From: a virus
Taxonomy: Duplodnaviria > Caudoviricetes
IMG/VR virus record: IMGVR_UViG_3300027142_000034
Span: 1-30,659 of that record
DNA length: 30,659 nt
Strand: one strand, 5' to 3'
Positions within the stretch are counted from its first letter, which is position 1. Each line of letters starts with the position of its first letter. The position numbers and the translations under genes were made by a program. Positions 25,288 through 30,659 of the stretch are shown here, one piece after another. The notes beneath the pieces are model-generated. The model worked only from the letters and a program-made list of their open reading frames with translations, made no database searches and was not told where the DNA came from.

Positions 25288-25595
25288 GTCTACATAAAAA
25301 GCAAACACATCCAGAGTATGTTGAAGGATGTTTTGGTTGCAAAATCTCTACTCTTGAACTAGGAGTTGGAGATGCAGCCAGAGACATTCCTGATAAAAAA
25401 TGGAATGCGGAACTACAAGCATATAGGGATGCACGTGCCCAAGGTATGCAACCAGCAGGAACAAGAATATCAGATGTTGAAGCAGCGTATAACGCATCAG
25501 AAACTTTAGGTAAAGCCTATGATGCAAACACAATGCCAAAGACAAAAGACATAAATAAAAAAACCGCCGAAGTACTAAAGGAAATAGGAGTCTAA
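25284..25595 (+). CDS. Hypothetical protein with H-x4-H-x6-CxxC putative metal site
   Basis: HKKQTHPEYVEGCFGCK; ATGA-coupled to the previous gene. Confidence 0.72.
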   Translation: MSLHKKQTHPEYVEGCFGCKISTLELGVGDAARDIPDKKWNAELQAYRDARAQGMQPAGTRISDVEAAYNASETLGKAYDANTMPKTKDINKKTAEVLKEIGV

Positions 25596-25596
25596 C

Positions 25597-25737
25597 ATGA
25601 TGGGTAAAAAGATGACTGGTAAGGCTGGAAAGATGTACAAGAAGGCTGAGTCAATGGAAGAAAAAGCCATGATGATGAAGATGGCAAAGAAGAAAGTTGT
25701 TAAGAAGGCTGCAAAGAAGATGGGCAAAAAGAAGTAA
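25597..25737 (+). CDS. Lys/Met-rich basic mini-protein (46 aa), absent from the ORF track
   Basis: MMGKKMTGKAGKMYKKAESMEEKAMMMKMAKKKVVKKAAKKMGKKK; AGGAG RBS; TAATG overlap with the next gene. Confidence 0.75.
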   Translation: MMGKKMTGKAGKMYKKAESMEEKAMMMKMAKKKVVKKAAKKMGKKK

Positions 25738-25862
25738 TGCCAAAGGTAGGAAAGAAAGAGTTCCCATACACAGCAAAAGGTAAGGCAATGGCGTTAGCCG
25801 AGGCTAAGAAAACTGGTAAGCCAGTAAAGAAGGCTATGAAGAAGATGGGTAAGAAAAAATAA
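25737..25862 (+). CDS. Lys-rich basic mini-protein (41 aa), absent from the ORF track
   Basis: MPKVGKKEFPYTAKGKAMALAEAKKTGKPVKKAMKKMGKKK. Confidence 0.75.
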   Translation: MPKVGKKEFPYTAKGKAMALAEAKKTGKPVKKAMKKMGKKK

Positions 25863-25863
25863 A

Positions 25864-26052
25864 ATGGCTGCTCCTAAGAAAAAAACTGGTGTTGCTTCTA
25901 GTGCTGATGAAGCACGACGTCAAGCAATGCAACGTGAACAACGCATGAAGAACCTATCTCCAGAAGATAAGGCATTCTTAAAATTAATGGAAAAATATAA
26001 GTATGATGTTACTGCAATTCCTGGTTGGAGTGGCGGAAAAGGTACACAATAA
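25864..26052 (+). CDS. Small basic protein (62 aa)
   Basis: 1-nt gap upstream and TAATG overlap downstream. Confidence 0.7.
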   Translation: MAAPKKKTGVASSADEARRQAMQREQRMKNLSPEDKAFLKLMEKYKYDVTAIPGWSGGKGTQ

Positions 26053-26309
26053 TGACAGACCCTAGACTAAAGCGAGCAGGAGTGTCAGGCTTTAACAAGC
26101 CTAAGCGCACACCAAATCATCCAAAGAAGTCACACGTAGTTGTGGCTAAAGAAGGCGATAAGGTCAAAACTATTCGTTTTGGTCAGCAGGGTGTTACTGG
26201 TGATAAAAAGCCAACAGCACGTCAGAAGTCTTTTAAAGCGCGTCATGCTAAGAACATTGCCAAAGGCAAAATGTCAGCAGCATACTGGGCAGACAAGGTG
26301 AAGTGGTGA
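26052..26309 (+). CDS. Small basic conserved viral protein (85 aa)
   Basis: IRFGQQG, RQKSFKARH and SAAYWADKVKW; start at the TAATG overlap. Confidence 0.78.
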   Translation: MTDPRLKRAGVSGFNKPKRTPNHPKKSHVVVAKEGDKVKTIRFGQQGVTGDKKPTARQKSFKARHAKNIAKGKMSAAYWADKVKW

Positions 26310-26485
26310 AGAAAAAAAAGTCAACAGTTAATGCTGCTGGCAATTACACTAAGCCAGCAATGCGTGCTGCTTTGTTTAAGAAGATTAAGGCTGGCTCAAA
26401 GGGCGGAGACCCTGGTGAATGGTCAGCCCGTAAAGCACAATTACTAGCAGTTCAATATAAAAAAGCAGGCGGAGGTTACAAGTAA
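26306..26485 (+). CDS. Small basic protein, N-terminal half of a DUF5872-like family
   Basis: YTKP..IKAGSKGGDPGEWSARKAQLL..YKKAGGGY; GTGA overlap. Confidence 0.72.
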   Translation: MKKKKSTVNAAGNYTKPAMRAALFKKIKAGSKGGDPGEWSARKAQLLAVQYKKAGGGYK

Positions 26486-26721
26486 TGGCACTTGCTAAAT
26501 CTCAAGAGTCTCTTAAGAAGTGGACTGCACAAAAGTGGAAAACTTCAGATGGCAAACCATCAAAAGGTAAGAAGCGGTATTTGCCTGAGAAAGCATGGGC
26601 TGCATTAACACCTGCAGAAAAGGCTGCTACTAATAAAGCAAAAGCCGCTGGTAATGCAAAGGGTAAGCAGTTTGTAAAACAACCTAAAAGCATTGCAAAG
26701 AAAACTGCAAAACATAGATAG
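26485..26721 (+). CDS. Small basic protein, C-terminal half of a DUF5872-like family
   Basis: SQESLKKWTAQKW, RYLPEKAWAAL and GKQFV; TAATG overlap. Confidence 0.72.
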   Translation: MALAKSQESLKKWTAQKWKTSDGKPSKGKKRYLPEKAWAALTPAEKAATNKAKAAGNAKGKQFVKQPKSIAKKTAKHR

Positions 26722-26736
26722 TAAAGGTAGGGGACA

Positions 26737-27456
26737 ATGCAAGAAACAGTATCAATTGCTTGGTGTGATAACGGCAATGTAGATGGCAAGTTTATGCAGG
26801 GAGTAGTAGATGTACTACTTAAGTCAGGTATTAAGTTTGAAACCTCACTACGTAGTCAGGGCAACCAGATTGCCCGTCAGCGTGAAAAAGTAATTAATTA
26901 CTGGTATAACGAAAATAAGTCAGACTGGCTACTATGGGTAGACTCAGATGTAGTTATTAGCGTTGATAAGTTTAAACTATTGTGGGATAACAAGGACGCA
27001 AATGAGCGTCCTATTGTTACTGGTGTTTACTTTACTACTGATAATCCAGAAGACCCGCTTATGATTCCCATGCCTACGGTATACGAGTTTGGCGAAGCAG
27101 ATGGCGTAGTAGGTATCCAACGGATACATCCGCTACCTGATAATAAGTTTATTCAAGTAGGCGCTGCTGGTATGGGGTTTGTCCTTATGCACCGTAATGC
27201 AGTTACTAAGATTAAAGAAGTTTTGCCAGATGCCCCATTTTTTACAGAAGTAGGGGTTGGCAATACATTCATGGGTGAAGATATTTACTTCTTTGCAGTA
27301 TGTGATAAGGCTGATGTTCCAGTCTGGTGTCATACAGGAGCAACAGTTCCACACATGAAAAGATTTTCATTTGATGAGCATTACTACAAAGCATTTTTTG
27401 GTGCAGTAGAAAAGCCATCTAATTTGATATTACCAAAACATCATCGAAAGAGGTAG
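26737..27456 (+). CDS. GT-A fold (family 2-like) glycosyltransferase
   Basis: LLWVDSD (DxD), GMGFVLMHR, GEDIYFF and C-terminal H motifs. Confidence 0.85.
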   Translation: MQETVSIAWCDNGNVDGKFMQGVVDVLLKSGIKFETSLRSQGNQIARQREKVINYWYNENKSDWLLWVDSDVVISVDKFKLLWDNKDANERPIVTGVYFTTDNPEDPLMIPMPTVYEFGEADGVVGIQRIHPLPDNKFIQVGAAGMGFVLMHRNAVTKIKEVLPDAPFFTEVGVGNTFMGEDIYFFAVCDKADVPVWCHTGATVPHMKRFSFDEHYYKAFFGAVEKPSNLILPKHHRKR

Positions 27457-27459
27457 CAA

Positions 27460-27726
27460 ATGCCAGGTACAACAGGCAGCACATTATGTGCAGAGTTAAA
27501 TAGGTTGGCTAATGGCGGTACTTATCCTGCCCGTACTGCATTTCTAGATGAGCAGGGTGCTGCTAATGCTTGGGCTGGTACTACTGGCAAAGGGTTAATT
27601 GGTGCACTTAACTATAAAGTTAGTTCATCTCGTCAGCCATCTGCTTTTAAAGATTTAAATGGCGTATGTAATGAACTTGCTAGCACTACTGGCAAATCTG
27701 CGGTTGACGCATTAAGGACTCTATAA
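27460..27726 (+). CDS. Small virion-associated protein with internal duplication
   Basis: AANAWAGTTGKGLIGALN versus VCNELASTTGKSAVDALR; GAGG RBS. Confidence 0.7.
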   Translation: MPGTTGSTLCAELNRLANGGTYPARTAFLDEQGAANAWAGTTGKGLIGALNYKVSSSRQPSAFKDLNGVCNELASTTGKSAVDALRTL

Positions 27727-28649
27727 TGACAGTAACGCTTGACGCTTTAACAGATGAAGTGCTTATTAACCTTGCTGGTTATACACTGCAGCAAGACCGT
27801 GCTACACACCTTACTGGTGCGGTAACAGCAACTGCATCTACTATTGCAACTCCCATTGTTCTTAGCCTTGGTTCTACTGAAAATGTAGGTAAAGGTATAC
27901 TTGAGATTGATGATGAATTGCTTTGGGCGGATTCATTTGACCGTGTTGCTAGTACAGCAACTATTTCTCCTTATGGTCGTGGCTATCTAGGTACTACAAC
28001 TACAACCCATATTGCTGGTGCTAAGGTAACAATTGCTCCTACATTTCCACGCTTTGTAGTTAAACGTGCTATCCAAGACACTATCCGCGCTATTGGCGCA
28101 ACTATTTTTTCTGTAGGTCAGACTACATTTACATATAACTCAGCGGTAAGTACTTATGCTTTAACTGGTCTTGATATTCAAAACATCTTGACAATGCACT
28201 GGCAGTCAATTGGTCCATCACAAGAATGGATTCGTGTCAAACGTTGGGATTGGGACTCTAATCCAGATGCTACAACTTGGGGTGCTACTGCACAAACTGT
28301 AACTATTGGAGACCCAATCATTTCTGGTCGTACAGTTAAGGTTACCTATGCTAAGGCTCCAACAACTATGAGCACATCAGCAGAAACATCTTTTGCTACT
28401 CAGACTGGTTTACCAGAATCTTGCCGAGACATTGTAATTCTTGGCGCAGCATATCGTTTGCTTACATTCCTTGACCCAGCCCGTGCTGCACAAGTTAGTC
28501 CACAGGCTGATGAAATTGATAGCAAGCGTCCATTTGGTTCATCACAGAATGCAACCAAACAACTGTATGCACTTTATACACAGCGTCTTAATGAGGAAAC
28601 TCAAGCGCAACAACAACAGTATCCAATCCGCGTCCACTTCAGCCGATAG
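27726..28649 (+). CDS. Putative head-tail adaptor / tail tubular protein
   Basis: Helical N- and C-termini (LPESCRDIVILGAAYRLL) flanking beta domains; lies before the fibre gene. Confidence 0.6.
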   Translation: MTVTLDALTDEVLINLAGYTLQQDRATHLTGAVTATASTIATPIVLSLGSTENVGKGILEIDDELLWADSFDRVASTATISPYGRGYLGTTTTTHIAGAKVTIAPTFPRFVVKRAIQDTIRAIGATIFSVGQTTFTYNSAVSTYALTGLDIQNILTMHWQSIGPSQEWIRVKRWDWDSNPDATTWGATAQTVTIGDPIISGRTVKVTYAKAPTTMSTSAETSFATQTGLPESCRDIVILGAAYRLLTFLDPARAAQVSPQADEIDSKRPFGSSQNATKQLYALYTQRLNEETQAQQQQYPIRVHFSR

Positions 28650-28657
28650 GTTAATAA

Positions 28658-30659
28658 ATGACAACTAGAAAATACTCATCCCGCTCTCAGCAAACAACGC
28701 TGACTGGAGCACTTACCTCATCTGGTACAAGTGCAACTGTAGTATCGGGTTCAGCCTTGCTTGGTGGCGTAACAGTCTCAGCAGGTGAAACCTTTACAGT
28801 TGTTATTGACCCAGATACAGCCCTTGAAGAAATTGTAGATGTTACAGCGGTTAGTACCAATACATTAACCATTACCCGTGGCATTGATGGTTCATCTGGA
28901 CAGGCTCACTCTGCTGGTGCAGTGGTTCGCCATATGGCAATTGGCCGTGACTACCGCGAAGCCAATACCCACATCGAAGCAAGCACTGGAGTACATGGTG
29001 TAACTGGTGCTGTAGTAGGCACAACAGATACTCAGACTCTAACCAATAAAACTTTAACTTCTCCAACTCTGACAACTCCAGCACTTGGTACTCCAGCATC
29101 TGGAACTCTTACTAATGCAACTGGTCTGCCAATCTCAACTGGTGTGTCTGGTCTAGGTACAGGAGTTGCTACATTCCTTGGCACTCCATCTAGTGCAAAC
29201 CTTCGTGGTGCGCTGACAGATGAGACAGGCACAGGCTCTGCAGTATTCGGCACAAGCCCAACACTTTCTAGCCCAACCATTACTGGTACTGGTGCTATCG
29301 CAGGTACATTTACAGGTAACCTTACAGGTAACGTAACTGGTAACGTAAGCGGAACCTCAGGTTCTACAACAGGTAATGCTGCTACAGCCACAGCCCTTGC
29401 TACTGGTCGTACATTCCAGTTGACTGGAGATGTAGAGGCAAGCGGAGTTACCTTTGACGGCACTGGCAACGTAAGCCTAACCACAGTCATTGGTACTGGT
29501 GCAATTGTAAATGCTGATATCAATGCTTCTGCAGCAATTGACAAGACTAAGATTTCAGGAACAGCAGTTACTGTTGGGGATACTGGCACAGTAACGAGCA
29601 CAATGATTGCAGATGGAACCATTGTTAATGGTGACATTTCAGCAACTGCTGCTATCGCTAAGACTAAGTTAGACCTTGGTGGAACCATCACTTCTGCTGA
29701 CTTGGTTGACGGAACTATTGTCAACTCAGACATTAACGCATCTGCTGGTATTGCACTTAGCAAGTTGGCTACAGACCCACTAGCCCGTGCTAACCACACT
29801 GGTACTCAACTAGCAGCAACCGTTTCAGACTTTGATACACAGGTTCGTACCTCTAAAGTAACTGACCTTGCAGCACCTACTGGTTCATTCTCAATGAACA
29901 GCCAGAAGATTACATCTCTTGCTACACCAACAAACAGTACTGATGCTTCTACAAAGGGATATGTTGATACTCAGGTTTCTAACTTAATCAACTCAGCACC
30001 AAGCACACTTGATACTCTTGGTGAGATTGCAACAGCAATTCAAGCAGGTGGAACCTTCTACGATGCAATCGTACTCAAGGCTGGTTCTACAATGACAGGT
30101 GCTCTTACCTTGTCAGGTGCTCCAACTGTAGACCTACACGCTGCTACAAAGGCGTATGTAGATACAGTTGCTGGTTCTGCTACCGCTGCTGCAGCAAGCG
30201 CTGCCGCTGCCGCTGCTTCTTATGATTCTTTTGATGATAGATATCTTGGTGCTAAGGCAACTCCACCAACATTAGATAATGATGGTAACGCTTTAGTTAC
30301 TGGAGCAATCTATTGGGATACCTCTGCTGCTGCCATGTATGCATGGTCAGGTTCTGCCTGGGCATCTATCTCATCTACTGCAGCAATTTACCGTTATCGC
30401 TATACAGCAACTGGTGGAGAAACTACAAAGTCTGGTTCCGATGATAATGGCTTAACTCTTAATTATCTGGTTGGCAAGGAACAAGTATATCTAAATGGTA
30501 TCTTACTTGTTCGCACATCAGATTATACTGCCACATCTGGCTCAAGTATTACATCTCTTGCAGCATTAACTGCTGGAGATATTCTTGAGATTATTACTTT
30601 TACCGCATTTGATTTGGCTACAGCAATTCAACAATCAATTTTCACTGCTAAGGGAGATA
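28658..30659 (+). CDS. Tail fibre protein (partial, runs off window; absent from the ORF track)
   Basis: Open frame from ATG 28658 to the window end: [14 protein letters not shown]...; Thr/Ser/Gly/Ala-rich; [23 protein letters not shown], three IVNxDI..AxI..KL repeats, and TKGYVD/TKAYVD fibre motifs. Confidence 0.85.
   Translation, partial: MTTRKYSSRSQQTTLTGALTSSGTSATVVSGSALLGGVTVSAGETFTVVIDPDTALEEIVDVTAVSTNTLTITRGIDGSSGQAHSAGAVVRHMAIGRDYREANTHIEASTGVHGVTGAVVGTTDTQTLTNKTLTSPTLTTPALGTPASGTLTNATGLPISTGVSGLGTGVATFLGTPSSANLRGALTDETGTGSAVFGTSPTLSSPTITGTGAIAGTFTGNLTGNVTGNVSGTSGSTTGNAATATALATGRTFQLTGDVEASGVTFDGTGNVSLTTVIGTGAIVNADINASAAIDKTKISGTAVTVGDTGTVTSTMIADGTIVNGDISATAAIAKTKLDLGGTITSADLVDGTIVNSDINASAGIALSKLATDPLARANHTGTQLAATVSDFDTQVRTSKVTDLAAPTGSFSMNSQKITSLATPTNSTDASTKGYVDTQVSNLINSAPSTLDTLGEIATAIQAGGTFYDAIVLKAGSTMTGALTLSGAPTVDLHAATKAYVDTVAGSATAAAASAAAAAASYDSFDDRYLGAKATPPTLDNDGNALVTGAIYWDTSAAAMYAWSGSAWASISSTAAIYRYRYTATGGETTKSGSDDNGLTLNYLVGKEQVYLNGILLVRTSDYTATSGSSITSLAALTAGDILEIITFTAFDLATAIQQSIFTAKGD

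Noticed and set aside
29032-29799. 255-aa minus-strand ORF and the other antisense ORFs in the track
   Set aside because: Shadow frames of codon-biased genes on the opposite strand.

Overview
A 30.7 kb piece of a tailed dsDNA phage genome, most likely a podovirus-like phage of low-GC Actinobacteria. The host is inferred from DUF4192-like and sigma-like genes, an actinobacterial-type transglycosylase and GAAAGG ribosome-binding sites. The left arm (1-8841, minus strand) holds early micro-ORFs, an SSB-like protein, an XRE regulator, a secreted transglycosylase, DUF932, an exonuclease, a DnaB-like helicase, a resolvase and a split primase. The right arm (9688-end, plus strand) holds an HTH-fused terminase, portal, an HslV/proteasome-beta-like protease, four putative internal virion proteins, scaffold, major capsid, a cluster of very basic mini-proteins, a glycosyltransferase and tail proteins. 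The most striking signal is non-coding. The divergent junction (8842-9687) is almost entirely foldable on the plus strand. It includes a ~300-nt branched hairpin whose geometry matches a single-stranded-DNA (Frpo-like) promoter pointing into the early genes. Two 12-bp hairpins 4.4 kb apart in early-gene leaders have mutually complementary loops. All structures were derived by eye, and all family calls come from motif recognition rather than database searches.
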